A stretch of 64,000 bases of DNA, from positions 946 to 64,945 of the IMG/VR virus record IMGVR_UViG_3300010371_000003. One strand, written 5' to 3'. Of the stretch, positions 18,376-27,318 are shown piece by piece. The DNA is from a virus (Duplodnaviria > Caudoviricetes). A program made the position numbers and the translations under genes. Each line of letters begins with the position of its first letter. Position 1 is the stretch's first letter. Below the pieces are notes generated by a model. The model was not told where the DNA came from, made no database searches, and worked only from the letters and a program-made list of their open reading frames with translations.

Positions 18376-18596
18376 GGCGACACCGCCAGCAGCGCTCGCA
18401 GCGCCGACAACCCTTCCGGCGGCAGAAACACCCCGCACTCGGGGTCGGGATGCCACTCGCTCAGTCCGGCCTCGTCGTATCGGTCGTAGACGAGGATCAG
18501 AAGACGCCCGTCGACGACGGCCGCGCGAATCTCCCGGTCGTGCCTGCCCCACAGCAGGGTCATTTCCTCGCGTGCCGGGTGGGCGCTAGAAGCCAT
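18372..18596 (-). CDS. Hypothetical protein
   Basis: SD-like AGAAGGTGG; overlap with upstream gene. Confidence 0.55.
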   Translation of the reverse strand: MASSAHPAREEMTLLWGRHDREIRAAVVDGRLLILVYDRYDEAGLSEWHPDPECGVFLPPEGLSALRALLAVSP

Positions 18597-19209
18597 GGGC
18601 CACCTTCTCCTCGACGGCCGGTGCCGTGTCCGGCTCCCCCGCGTCCACCGCGACACCAGCCCGGACAACCGTGGTGGCCACCTCGCCAACGCTGTCGTCG
18701 TCCGAGCCGGCCACGAACCCGAGGGACGGGGGCGCGTCGTGCTTGAGGGGCGCCGTGTAGACGCTCGGGCCGGCCGCGAGCTGGCCGACCTGCTCGACCT
18801 CGGGCGCCGCGACGTGGGCCGCGCAGCCCTGGCCGGTGACGGCGGCCAGCACCAGCGCGGCGACGGCGGCCAGGCGCGCCAGCCAGCCGGCCGACACCGC
18901 CGCGGTGGTCTGGTACGGCTCGACGACCGTCTTGCAGGTCGGGTCCGCGTCGACCGCCGCGGGGGCGGCCGGGCAGTGGCAGGTCGTGCCGTCGCAGCGG
19001 TTCTCGATGTGGCGGTCCCAGGCCGCGACGCAGCGGGCGTGCATCAGCTCGCCGTCGTGCGTGACCAGCGCCTCGGTCTCGCAGAAGCTGCTCGGGCAGT
19101 CCTCGCGCAGGCAGCCGGGCTGCTCGCACTCGAGGCAGCAGGGGTGCGCGTCGCGGTGCATCTCCTCGGCCGCCGCAGCGGACACCGTCCAACCGTGCTG
19201 GTAGCTCAC
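18586..19209 (-). CDS. Cys-rich membrane protein
   Basis: Cys/His-rich N-terminus, then hydrophobic helix ending GQGC. Confidence 0.55.
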   Translation of the reverse strand: MSYQHGWTVSAAAAEEMHRDAHPCCLECEQPGCLREDCPSSFCETEALVTHDGELMHARCVAAWDRHIENRCDGTTCHCPAAPAAVDADPTCKTVVEPYQTTAAVSAGWLARLAAVAALVLAAVTGQGCAAHVAAPEVEQVGQLAAGPSVYTAPLKHDAPPSLGFVAGSDDDSVGEVATTVVRAGVAVDAGEPDTAPAVEEKVAHGF

Positions 19210-19473
19210 GAGCGCACCACCTGCAGCGAGCCGTCCTTGTCGGTCAGCCAGGCGCCCTCGAATCCGGCGGCGATCCCGAAGCCGCGCAGCGTGATGACGA
19301 ACATCATGTGCGGCTGGTTCCGGTTGCGCATGGTGCCGTACACCGCGCCGCGCTTGCCGGTCAGGATGTAGCGGCGGCCTTCCTTGGCCTCCATCGAGGA
19401 GACCGCGAAGTCGCCGGCCCCGGAGGCGGATCGTCCCTTCCGGCTTCGTCTCGGTCGTTGTCGCGTTCGTCAT
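19206..19473 (-). pseudogene. First gene of leftward operon, apparently frameshifted near 19415
   Basis: MTNATTTETKPEGTIRLRGR joins DFAVSSMEAKEGRRYILTGKRGAVY if one base is removed. Confidence 0.55.
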
Positions 19474-19605
19474 GGTTACAAAGTACCACCGTGGTTATAC
19501 GCCGCAACCAATTTCTAACCACCATTGGTCGATTTGGACGCGACGCGGCGGCTACGAATCGGCTTGACGGCGTAACCGGCGCGGTATCACAGTGAAGTCA
19601 GCCTT
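19474..19605. promoter_or_regulatory. Divergent early promoter region with TAACC-N5-GGTA operator-like sites
   Basis: Leftward TTGCGG-16-TACTTT-6-ATG; rightward TTGACG at 19564; sites at 19484-19497, 19573-19586 and a degenerate one at 19516-19529. Confidence 0.7.
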
Positions 19606-19800
19606 ATGGCCCCCAAAAGAGACGATGAGATCGCCGTAACCATCCGGTTCCCGAAGGACCTGCACGAGGACGCCACGAAGGCGGCGGCGGTCGACGAGCG
19701 ATCGTTCAACCTTTATGTCGTCCGAGCTGTCAGGGCCCAGGTCGAACGCGATTCTGGCCTTGCCCCTGCCGATACGGTGCCCAGGAAGAAGCCGAGGTGA
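19606..19800 (+). CDS. Arc-family ribbon-helix-helix repressor
   Basis: VTIRFPKDLHEDATKAAAVDERSFNLYVVRAV. Confidence 0.85.
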   Translation: MAPKRDDEIAVTIRFPKDLHEDATKAAAVDERSFNLYVVRAVRAQVERDSGLAPADTVPRKKPR

Positions 19801-19997
19801 ACGCCATGCCGAACTGCCGTGAGCGAATCGTGGTGATCGAAGACTTCGACGAGCGCGAGATCGTCGTCCGCGAGCCGGCCGCCGAGCTGGAGTTCCGCGG
19901 GTGCGGACCCGCGCGCGGCGCCTACGAGGACCAGGTCCGGGCGGCGAACGACGTGCGCGTCGAGTACGAGCCGCCACGGCGCGGGCGGGCGGCGTGA
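19797..19997 (+). CDS. Hypothetical protein
   Basis: Coupled to Arc gene. Confidence 0.55.
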   Translation: MNAMPNCRERIVVIEDFDEREIVVREPAAELEFRGCGPARGAYEDQVRAANDVRVEYEPPRRGRAA

Positions 19998-20191
19998 TGG
20001 CGACCCGGCGCGAGCTGGCCGAGCGCATCGTCAACGCGCTGGGCGACCACCTGCGGGCCACGGAGCAGATCGACAAGGTCTACGCCCTGCAGGACAAGAA
20101 CAACGCCGTGAAAGCCGCCGCCGCGGCGCGCGACCGGTTGATCGACTCGATAGAGGCGGCACTGGAAGACGCGGCCAAGGCCAGCCAGTGA
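19997..20191 (+). CDS. Hypothetical protein
   Basis: TGATG coupling; helical. Confidence 0.65.
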   Translation: MATRRELAERIVNALGDHLRATEQIDKVYALQDKNNAVKAAAAARDRLIDSIEAALEDAAKASQ

Positions 20192-20520
20192 GCGCGCCCG
20201 ACCATCCCCCGCCGTGGCGGTGGGAAGGAATCGAGGACTTCGTCGTCAGGACGGGGCCGTTCGCGGGCACGACGGCCCACACGGCAACGGCGCTGGTCGA
20301 CGTGCAGGGCCGGGAGATTGCCGCCCTGAAGGTTCCCGACTCGTTGGAATTCAGCTCCTACTACGGGCGCGAAGTACTCGGCGCCGCCGGCGAGATGGAA
20401 GTGCTCCTGCGCCGCTTCGTCGAAGGCCCTGACCGCGAGACGATCGCCCGGGCGCGCAGCGTGCTCAGCTGCATCGACGCGGCGCGGGCTGCCGACGAGG
20501 CCAGGAAGGCGGGCGGCTGA
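20188..20520 (+). CDS. Hypothetical protein
   Basis: Coupled. Confidence 0.65.
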   Translation: MSAPDHPPPWRWEGIEDFVVRTGPFAGTTAHTATALVDVQGREIAALKVPDSLEFSSYYGREVLGAAGEMEVLLRRFVEGPDRETIARARSVLSCIDAARAADEARKAGG

Positions 20521-20720
20521 TGGCCGGCCGCGTGATCACCTGCAAGCTGCACAACGGGTCGCGCAAGATCGTGTTCAGCGCGCCGAACATGGTCCTACCT
20601 GGAAGCGACGCCGCCCGCGCGAAGGGCTGCACCTGCCCGTCCGAGCAGCCGGACGACCCGAACCAGGTGAGCTTCTCGACGGACTGCCCGGTTCACGAGT
20701 TGGGGATGGCGGGAGACTGA
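20520..20720 (+). CDS. Small Cys/His protein
   Basis: PGSDAARAKGCTCP...DCPVH. Confidence 0.7.
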   Translation: MAGRVITCKLHNGSRKIVFSAPNMVLPGSDAARAKGCTCPSEQPDDPNQVSFSTDCPVHELGMAGD

Positions 20721-21030
20721 TGGCGCCTGGGGCCCTGCAGTCGCTCGAAGAACTCGCCGGCGCGCCCGACTTCGCCGTCTGCGTGATGGTGTGGCCGTGG
20801 CCTGATGGCGGATGGAACGCAGGAACGCGCTGACGAACCGGGCGTGGGCCGAGGAACAGGGCATGCCTGCCGCGGTGCTGGCGCTGACGGAAGATCTCGA
20901 CCCGCCATGGAACGCGTTCGACGGGTTCAAGAATGGCATCAACGTGCACGCGCCGAATCCGGAGGAGGCGATTGCGCGCCTGGTGGCCAAGACGCAACCG
21001 CCGGCCGGCGCCGGACGAGAACAGGGCTGA
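20720..21030 (+). CDS. Hypothetical protein, probably one gene with a single-base frameshift near 20825
   Basis: MAPGALQ...PDGGWNAG continues as NALTNRAWAEEQG in another frame. Confidence 0.45.
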
Positions 21031-21248
21031 TGAGCACGGACATCGAGGTGACCGCAGCATCAATCGTCGACGACCTTCTCGTCGCGGCCAAACGCCAGGT
21101 GACGCCCGCCGACCCGAGCCCGCTGAACCTGGCGGGCCTCGAAAAGGGCGACCTGCGTTCGGCAGAAGCGTTCATCAGCCGCAACTGGTCGGCCGCGATG
21201 GCCAAGGCGATCATGGCCGAGTTGCGGCATCGCCTGGGCGAGACGTGA
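21030..21248 (+). CDS. Hypothetical protein
   Basis: TGATG coupling. Confidence 0.6.
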   Translation: MSTDIEVTAASIVDDLLVAAKRQVTPADPSPLNLAGLEKGDLRSAEAFISRNWSAAMAKAIMAELRHRLGET

Positions 21249-21445
21249 GCGACGCCGCCCACGTCACCCAGCAGCCCCGCGCGAACGAGCCGACGATCCA
21301 CGCCCGCCGCGGGTCCGACTACCGGGCGCTCTGCGGCGCGAACCCGGGCAGCCCCTGGACGCGCCAGCGGGCGTTCGTGACGTGCGAGCGGTGCCGGGCG
21401 GAGATTGCGCGGCGGGACGCTGAACGACTGAACGCCAGGCGGTAA
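21245..21445 (+). CDS. Small H-x-LCG...VTCxxC protein
   Basis: IHAR...ALCG...VTCERC. Confidence 0.6.
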   Translation: MSDAAHVTQQPRANEPTIHARRGSDYRALCGANPGSPWTRQRAFVTCERCRAEIARRDAERLNARR

Positions 21446-21467
21446 GTCGGGGGTCCGAATCCCGCGA

Positions 21468-21499
21468 AGTTGGGGTCGGCCGGTGCGCAGCGCGACCAT
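21468..21499 (+). promoter_or_regulatory. Late promoter motif copy (endolysin)
   Basis: AGTTGGGG-18-GACCAT-6-ATG. Confidence 0.75.
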
Positions 21500-21505
21500 G
21501 GAGGC

Positions 21506-22057
21506 ATGCCGCGCGACACGGACCGATCCCATCTTCACCCCGTCTTCCGCGCCAAGCTGGCGGGCCTCGAGACGGCGCTGGCCGCGGCCGGGCTGCCGCT
21601 GCTGCTGTTCGAGGCCGGCCGCTCCCCGCAGCGTCAGCAAGAGCTGTTCGCCCAAGGCCGCGCGCCGGGCTGCGGGACCTTCGGGAAACACGTCACCAAC
21701 GCGAAGCCGTGGCAGTCGTTCCACCAGTTCGGCTTGGCCGCCGATTACGTCTTCTTCGTCAACGGGAGATGGACCTGGGACGAGCCGACGTCGGGCGCCT
21801 GGGCGCGCTACACCCAGATCGCGGCGCAGGTCGGCCTGCGCAGCCTGTCGTTCGAGCGGCCGCACGTCGAATTGCCCGTGGCGCTGGCTGTCCTGCAGGC
21901 CGGCCACTACCCGGATGGGGGCGATCAGACCTGGATCGACTGGCTCGACTCGATGATCGAGGGCTGGCCGCACAGCGCGACCACCATCGACGGCATCACC
22001 TACCCGGGCGCGCCGCCCATGCCGACTGCGATCCTGCGCCCTCCCCTGGTCGCCTGA
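21506..22057 (+). CDS. Endolysin, M15 family L-Ala-D-Glu peptidase
   Basis: EAGRSPQRQQELFAQGR...VTNAKPWQSFHQFGLAAD...ERPHVE. Confidence 0.92.
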   Translation: MPRDTDRSHLHPVFRAKLAGLETALAAAGLPLLLFEAGRSPQRQQELFAQGRAPGCGTFGKHVTNAKPWQSFHQFGLAADYVFFVNGRWTWDEPTSGAWARYTQIAAQVGLRSLSFERPHVELPVALAVLQAGHYPDGGDQTWIDWLDSMIEGWPHSATTIDGITYPGAPPMPTAILRPPLVA

Positions 22058-22281
22058 TGACGGTCTCGGACGAGGCCCGCGAGCTGCACGAGGACGAGCG
22101 CCGCGCCGCCGACGACCTGACGGCGGTCCGGCGCGAGATCGAGGAGACCGTCGCGGCGGGCGGGGGTCATATCGGCCCGGAGGCGGCCGCCGAGTTCGGG
22201 CGCCGGCTCGAGGCGGCGCAGGAGCGCGTCCGGCGGGCGCGGATCGCGCGGCGGGAGCTGGGCGGCGCTACCCAAGCTTGA
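22057..22281 (+). CDS. Hypothetical protein
   Basis: Coupled to endolysin. Confidence 0.55.
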   Translation: MTVSDEARELHEDERRAADDLTAVRREIEETVAAGGGHIGPEAAAEFGRRLEAAQERVRRARIARRELGGATQA

Positions 22282-22633
22282 CGCCCGCCCGCTCCGCCAG
22301 CTTCTTTACGATCGCGTCCGCCCAGGACGGCCGAGCCCCATCGGCCAGCAGGTGCTCGCGGACGGCGTGCAGCACCTTGGCCGCGCCGCGGTGCTCCTGG
22401 CCGGCGAGCAGGTAGTCCCACTTCGCGAAAAACTCCCGCTCCGCGTCGCGCCAGCCGAGCCGGTACCCAGGCAGCTTGTCGGCGGCGCGCGTGGGCGTCA
22501 GTTCGTCCGCGTCCAACTCGACAAGGACGGTCGGGTCGAGCTCTACGGGGTGCTCGACCGCCGTATCGCGCTTCTCCCCCCATTCGGCTGTCGGATCCGC
22601 CTCGTCGTCCGGCGGCGGCCCGCCGGGGGGCAT
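22268..22633 (-). CDS. Hypothetical protein
   Basis: Coupled to ruvC; last gene of late arm. Confidence 0.6.
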   Translation of the reverse strand: MPPGGPPPDDEADPTAEWGEKRDTAVEHPVELDPTVLVELDADELTPTRAADKLPGYRLGWRDAEREFFAKWDYLLAGQEHRGAAKVLHAVREHLLADGARPSWADAIVKKLAERAGVKLG

Positions 22634-23142
22634 CAGGCGGCCGCCCGCTCGCCCCGGCCGTCCAGCGGGTGGAGGAGCGCGTGCGTCAACGCAACCGCCA
22701 GGGCATCGGCCGCGTCAGGCGCCGGCGTCTTGTTCAGGCCGAGCAGCTGCTTGACCATCCGACCGACGCGCGGCTTGTCGGCGCGCCCGCTGCCGGCGGC
22801 CGTCGCCTTCACGGTGGCCGGCGCGTACTCGACGACCCGCAGGCCGACGCGCGCCGCCAGGTAGCCGCCCATGCCGCGCGCGGCCGCGCTGACGAGCGCC
22901 CCCTGCTGATGCTTACCGCGCACCTTGTTCACGAACCCGTGCTCGAGCGCGACGACGTCTGGCCGCAGCTCCATCAGGACGGCCTCGAGGTCCGCTCCGA
23001 TCTCGGCGAGGCGCTGGTAGACCGGCCTGCTCGCCGGCGCCGTCAGCACGCCGGCGTCGACGAACGTCAGGTGCGGTCCGTCGACCAGCACCAGGCCGTA
23101 GCCGAACCGGACCGATCCGGGGTCGAGACCGAGCACCCGCAT
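22633..23142 (-). CDS. ruvC: Holliday junction resolvase RuvC
   Basis: MRVLGLDPGS..FGYG, VALE, EYAPATVK...GSGRADK, DAADALAVALTH. Confidence 0.95.
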   Translation of the reverse strand: MRVLGLDPGSVRFGYGLVLVDGPHLTFVDAGVLTAPASRPVYQRLAEIGADLEAVLMELRPDVVALEHGFVNKVRGKHQQGALVSAAARGMGGYLAARVGLRVVEYAPATVKATAAGSGRADKPRVGRMVKQLLGLNKTPAPDAADALAVALTHALLHPLDGRGERAAA

Positions 23143-23288
23143 CAGGGCCGCCCGCGAAAGCAGCGCGTGCCGACCAGGTACGCTGCCGCATACGCGGCGA
23201 TAACCACCACCACCGCCAGCAGCCCGACGGCCACGCGGCGCCAGCAGTAGCCGCACCGCCAGCCGCGGCAATGGACCGGAGCGTCCAT
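23142..23288 (-). CDS. Small membrane protein
   Basis: MDAPVHC...VAVGLLAVVVVIAAYAAAYLVG; TGATG-coupled at both ends. Confidence 0.5.
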   Translation of the reverse strand: MDAPVHCRGWRCGYCWRRVAVGLLAVVVVIAAYAAAYLVGTRCFRGRP

Positions 23289-23557
23289 CAGCTGGGCTTG
23301 CGGGCGGCCGCCCCGCGCATTCGCTCCTCGAGGCGGCCGCCGACGGTCAGATCCTCGAGGATCGGACGTTGCAATGAGACGCCAGCGAACGCCGCCGACG
23401 CGATGACGATGCCGCGGTTCAGGCCATCAGCGAAGCCGCGCCTGCGCCCGAGCTCCATCCCGTCCGCCACGCCGGTGAGCCTCCCGCGCTGGTAGGCGCG
23501 GCGGACGGCGACCGCGACGCCGGCGGCGCCCGCCAGGAGCAGGCCGGCCAGCTTCAC
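23288..23557 (-). CDS. Small membrane-anchored protein
   Basis: VKLAGLLLAGAAGVAVAVRRAY. Confidence 0.55.
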   Translation of the reverse strand: MKLAGLLLAGAAGVAVAVRRAYQRGRLTGVADGMELGRRRGFADGLNRGIVIASAAFAGVSLQRPILEDLTVGGRLEERMRGAAARKPS

Positions 23558-23931
23558 GGCGTCCCCGTGGGGGGCGGCTGGGGCACGGGCGGCGCATGGG
23601 GGATCAGGCTCTTGCCCATCACGCCGATGACGGCCGCCATCACGCCGACGGAAGTCCAGAGCCAGGGGTGCGGGTTCGCGCCGGGATGGACGTTGCCGGC
23701 GTGCACCAGGACGCCGGCGGACATGACGCCGCCGACAAACGTGCACAGGCGCTTGTAGAGCTCGGGCAGGTCGATCGGCGAGATCCCCAGGATGCCCGCG
23801 CCGCCCGCGATGCTCTGCACCAGGAACAGCGTCTGGGGCGAGATCTGGACCGGTTCTCCGGACGCCAACACGGCCGCGGCCGCGCTGACGACCAGCGCGG
23901 CCACGGACAGGATGATCTTCAGGATGCGCAT
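23554..23931 (-). CDS. Multi-pass membrane protein, holin candidate
   Basis: Four hydrophobic segments in 125 aa; SD GAAAGGA. Confidence 0.6.
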   Translation of the reverse strand: MRILKIILSVAALVVSAAAAVLASGEPVQISPQTLFLVQSIAGGAGILGISPIDLPELYKRLCTFVGGVMSAGVLVHAGNVHPGANPHPWLWTSVGVMAAVIGVMGKSLIPHAPPVPQPPPTGTP

Positions 23932-23944
23932 GTGGTCGTTCCTT

Positions 23945-24280
23945 TCAGCCTTGCGAGAGGCGTTCGAACGCGCGGCCGAGGTTTTCGAAAATGACGGAGA
24001 TCTCGTCGCGCATGTGGTCAGACAGCCCGTGGCAGTGGGCCGCCAGCTTCACGTAGATGGCGCGGACCTGAGCGTCGCTTCCACCTCGCTGCACCAGGCG
24101 TTCCACGTCGTCGAGGAGGTGCTCAGTGCGTTCGTGGGCGCCTCGAGAATCTCGGAGCCGAAGCCGGACGCGAGCGATGCGCTTGAGGATGTCCTCGATC
24201 CCGGCGGGGACGATGATCGGGGTGCGTTCCTCGTCTTCGTCAAAACCCGTAGGGCCAGGCGTCTTTGGCTCATTCGACAT
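23945..24280 (-). CDS. Hypothetical protein
   Basis: Helical ORF in late operon. Confidence 0.55.
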   Translation of the reverse strand: MSNEPKTPGPTGFDEDEERTPIIVPAGIEDILKRIARVRLRLRDSRGAHERTEHLLDDVERLVQRGGSDAQVRAIYVKLAAHCHGLSDHMRDEISVIFENLGRAFERLSQG

Positions 24281-24286
24281 CCCATC

Positions 24287-24676
24287 TCACTTGGTTGAGC
24301 CGCCATTCGGCGGGTGTTTCGTGACGAAATCGAGGGCGGTGGTGGCCAAGCCGGTCGGGGGCGGCTGGTCGGGCGGCGGCACCCCCCGGTCGGCGTAGAA
24401 CGTCCATGCCCGTCGCATGGCGTGCGCGGCGCTGGCCGCGTACTTGTAGAGCGCTATTCCGCCGCTGATCACGGCCACGGTGCTCCCCACCACCACCGCC
24501 GCGGTCTTGAGGTGCCGCGCCGCCTCTTCCCAGAACGCCACCCAGCGCGGCCAGCGCTCCCGCCGTCGCTCCCGGCGCTCGACCCGCTGCAGCTCCCGCC
24601 GCTCGCGGCTCTCCTCGCGCGCCCGCCGGCGCAGGTCCGCCTGCTCCAGCTGCTTGAGGTCCTTCGGTCGCTTCAC
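24287..24676 (-). CDS. Single-pass membrane protein
   Basis: Charged N-terminus, then one TM helix. Confidence 0.6.
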   Translation of the reverse strand: MKRPKDLKQLEQADLRRRAREESRERRELQRVERRERRRERWPRWVAFWEEAARHLKTAAVVVGSTVAVISGGIALYKYAASAAHAMRRAWTFYADRGVPPPDQPPPTGLATTALDFVTKHPPNGGSTK

Positions 24677-25134
24677 CGGTCACGCTGCCCCCCATTCTCG
24701 ACGGGATGGGTCAGCGCCCCTACTTTCGCGGGGCGCAACATGTGGCGGATGTGGGCGATCAGCCCCCCGCCGGGTTCCACGTCCCGGGCGGGGTCGTTCA
24801 GGCGGGCGGCCACCATCAAGACGAGCTCCTCTTCCTGCCAGTGGTACTCGGAGCTCGCCGGCCGGCGCCGGTCCCGCTGGTCAGCCGGGGCGGCGCCGAG
24901 CAGGTCAGCCACCGCCCGCAACACCGGCGAGATCGTCCCGAAGACGGCCGCGAGCGCGGCGTGTAGGGCGTCGTGCTCGCGGTTCATGGCCGCGCCGTCC
25001 GGGTACCCCAGGCGCGCGGCGTCCGCGGCGTAGCTGGCCGTGGCGTGTGGCCTGGCGGGGATGACCCGGCCGTCGGCCAGCTCCACCTCGCTGTAGCCGT
25101 CCCCCGGCCGCCAGTCGACCGCGCCGATCTTCAC
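24673..25134 (-). CDS. Hypothetical protein
   Basis: AARLGY....MNREHDALH...SPVL...WQEEE. Confidence 0.65.
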   Translation of the reverse strand: MKIGAVDWRPGDGYSEVELADGRVIPARPHATASYAADAARLGYPDGAAMNREHDALHAALAAVFGTISPVLRAVADLLGAAPADQRDRRRPASSEYHWQEEELVLMVAARLNDPARDVEPGGGLIAHIRHMLRPAKVGALTHPVENGGQRDR

Positions 25135-25634
25135 GGCTTGCCGGCCGCCGGTGCTACTGGCGGGCGGTAGGTCTCGGCGTCCAGACGTCGGATCACCTCG
25201 TCGGTCAGGTCCTCGGCCGACCACAGGCGGCCGTCCGGCTGGACGTCGGCGGTCGAGAGGTGGCGCTCGGCGGCGATCCGCGCGACGACGGGGCGGACGG
25301 CGTCCCGGAGCTTCTGAACGACCTGCGCCTCGTGCCGGGTTACCTCGGCCTGGAACGTGGCCTGCTTCTGGGCGGCCACGGCCCGCATCGTCTCGAGCTG
25401 CTTGTCCTTCGCCTTCTCGGCGGCGGCAAGTTGCTGGGACATCTTATCCAGCTCGTCCTGGCGAGACTTGAACACCGTCGCGTGCTCGTCAGCCAGGCGC
25501 TTGCCCAGTGCAGACTCCGAGGCCACCCGGGCGAGGTCGACCCAGCCGGCCGTCGGGGCAGCGGGCGGTGGCAGACGGCCGGCGCAGCCGGCCAGCATGG
25601 CGACAATGACGAAGGTCTTCGGGATCAGTTCCAT
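25131..25634 (-). CDS. OmpH/Skp-like chaperone with lipoprotein signal
   Basis: Lipobox LAGC; GWVDLARVASES.LGK, coiled coil, VVARIAAE, DLTDEVIRRLD. Confidence 0.8.
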   Translation of the reverse strand: MELIPKTFVIVAMLAGCAGRLPPPAAPTAGWVDLARVASESALGKRLADEHATVFKSRQDELDKMSQQLAAAEKAKDKQLETMRAVAAQKQATFQAEVTRHEAQVVQKLRDAVRPVVARIAAERHLSTADVQPDGRLWSAEDLTDEVIRRLDAETYRPPVAPAAGKP

Positions 25635-26371
25635 GTGTTCGCGTACGCGGCGACCGCGCTCCAAAGTGTGTGGCCCATCGTGGTGTAGCCGGAATCAGTC
25701 GGGTGGACGCCGCCGACCTGGACCTGGGCGCCCGTGACGATCGAGTGCATGCCGACGAACAGGCACGGCGGCAGCGACGAGCAGATGGACGGGATCAACC
25801 CGTTGTAGGTGACCGACACAGACTCAAGCGCGTCGTTGCGCGGCACCATGTCCGTGACGACGAACAGCGCGCCGGGCGCCGCGCCTCGCGCTGCAGTCAA
25901 CATCGTGGTCAGCTTGCTCGCCGTCGTCGCCGCCGAGTCGCCGTTGGTGATGTTGTTCGTGCCGTTGTTGGCGAAGATGACGATGTCGGGGTGGCCGTAC
26001 TGCCAGAACAGCGGGCTGGCCGACGAGATCAGCCCATCGATCTGCGCGCCCGGGAACCCAAAGCAGGCTTGCTGATTGAACCCGGCGTCGCCATCGAGCT
26101 GATTGCCGACCATGCGGGGCTTCTTCCCCGCGGCGACGGCGTCCTGGACGAAGACGTACCGCCATCCAGCCTCGAACAGCGCCGCAGTCGAATTGACCCC
26201 CGCGGTAATCGAATCGCCCACCGTCGCGATGGTCGTCGCTCCCAGGGTCGGGACCTTCGTCGCGACGGCGTGCCACTGATATTGCTTCTGGACGACCTGG
26301 GCGCTGGCGGGCGCGGCCATCGCGACAGCGGCCACGACGGTGATCGCAACCCCGACGAGCACCCGCCTCAC
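25625..26371 (-). CDS. Secreted SGNH/GDSL hydrolase
   Basis: Signal peptide (ASA/Q); GDSIT, PG, NGTN, VHP blocks. Confidence 0.88.
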   Translation of the reverse strand: MRRVLVGVAITVVAAVAMAAPASAQVVQKQYQWHAVATKVPTLGATTIATVGDSITAGVNSTAALFEAGWRYVFVQDAVAAGKKPRMVGNQLDGDAGFNQQACFGFPGAQIDGLISSASPLFWQYGHPDIVIFANNGTNNITNGDSAATTASKLTTMLTAARGAAPGALFVVTDMVPRNDALESVSVTYNGLIPSICSSLPPCLFVGMHSIVTGAQVQVGGVHPTDSGYTTMGHTLWSAVAAYANTWN

Positions 26372-27315
26372 GGTGTCACCGCCGCGTCGATCATGACGTT
26401 GTAGACGTACGCGCTCGGCTGCGTGGCCGCCACGGCCGTAACCCCTTGGACGATGGCGTACCAGTTGCCGCCGGCCGAGGTGTGTGGGAACGCCGTCGCG
26501 GCCGGGCCAATCGTCACGTCGCCGGTGTCGGTCGTTCCGTCGTAGCCCTCAAATTTCAGCGTCGTCCCGTCCGACCAGATCATCACCGAGTAGAGCGAGC
26601 CGGCGTTGTACGGCAGCGTCGCGGTCGTCGTCGGCGTCGTCGTGTTCGGCAGCCCCCCGGCGACGTGGCCCGTGAGCGCGCCGAATTGCGTCCCGAAAAA
26701 CCCGACCGCGGCGAACCCGTCGGTGCCTTGGTAAGGACCGATGATGAAGGTCGCGTTCGCGTCGGTGGTGATGAGCCTGAACTGTCCACCGAAACACCAG
26801 CGCTGGCTTCCGAGTGCCCCGATCGTCTTCTTCGAGTTGACGTTGTTGACCAGCGCGTACCCGGTGCTTCCCACGGACGGCCCGGTCAGCTTGTAAACCG
26901 CCGTCGCGTCGAAGGCGTCGCCACCGAACGCCGTGCCCGTTCCCGAGGCGCCGGGCGTCACGCCCGAGTTGCTGCCGTTCTCGAATCCCCAGGGTTCGAC
27001 CTTTTCAGTCCGGGGGTCGGCGATCCCGGCGCTCGATCGGCACTTCTGGGCTACGTAGTCGCGCCAGCCGCCCGACCCTGACGACGTCACGGTGGAGCTT
27101 CCGCCGCCGCCGATGGCAGGGTTGCCGCCGTAGGTTGCCGCGAGGACGACGACAGAGGCGCCGGTACCCGAGTACTCCGCGGACACGTCGGACCGCCTCT
27201 TGGCGTGCTTGTAGGCATGGCTGTGAGCGCTGGCCGGAATGGCCAGCCCGGCGACGACGACCAGGACCGCCGATGCGACGGCCGTCCGTAGCTTTCTCGC
27301 GATGATGGTGCGCAT
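26368..27315 (-). CDS. Secreted beta-rich protein
   Basis: Signal peptide ending PASA; G/T/S-rich. Confidence 0.75.
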   Translation of the reverse strand: MRTIIARKLRTAVASAVLVVVAGLAIPASAHSHAYKHAKRRSDVSAEYSGTGASVVVLAATYGGNPAIGGGGSSTVTSSGSGGWRDYVAQKCRSSAGIADPRTEKVEPWGFENGSNSGVTPGASGTGTAFGGDAFDATAVYKLTGPSVGSTGYALVNNVNSKKTIGALGSQRWCFGGQFRLITTDANATFIIGPYQGTDGFAAVGFFGTQFGALTGHVAGGLPNTTTPTTTATLPYNAGSLYSVMIWSDGTTLKFEGYDGTTDTGDVTIGPAATAFPHTSAGGNWYAIVQGVTAVAATQPSAYVYNVMIDAAVTP

Positions 27316-27318
27316 TCT

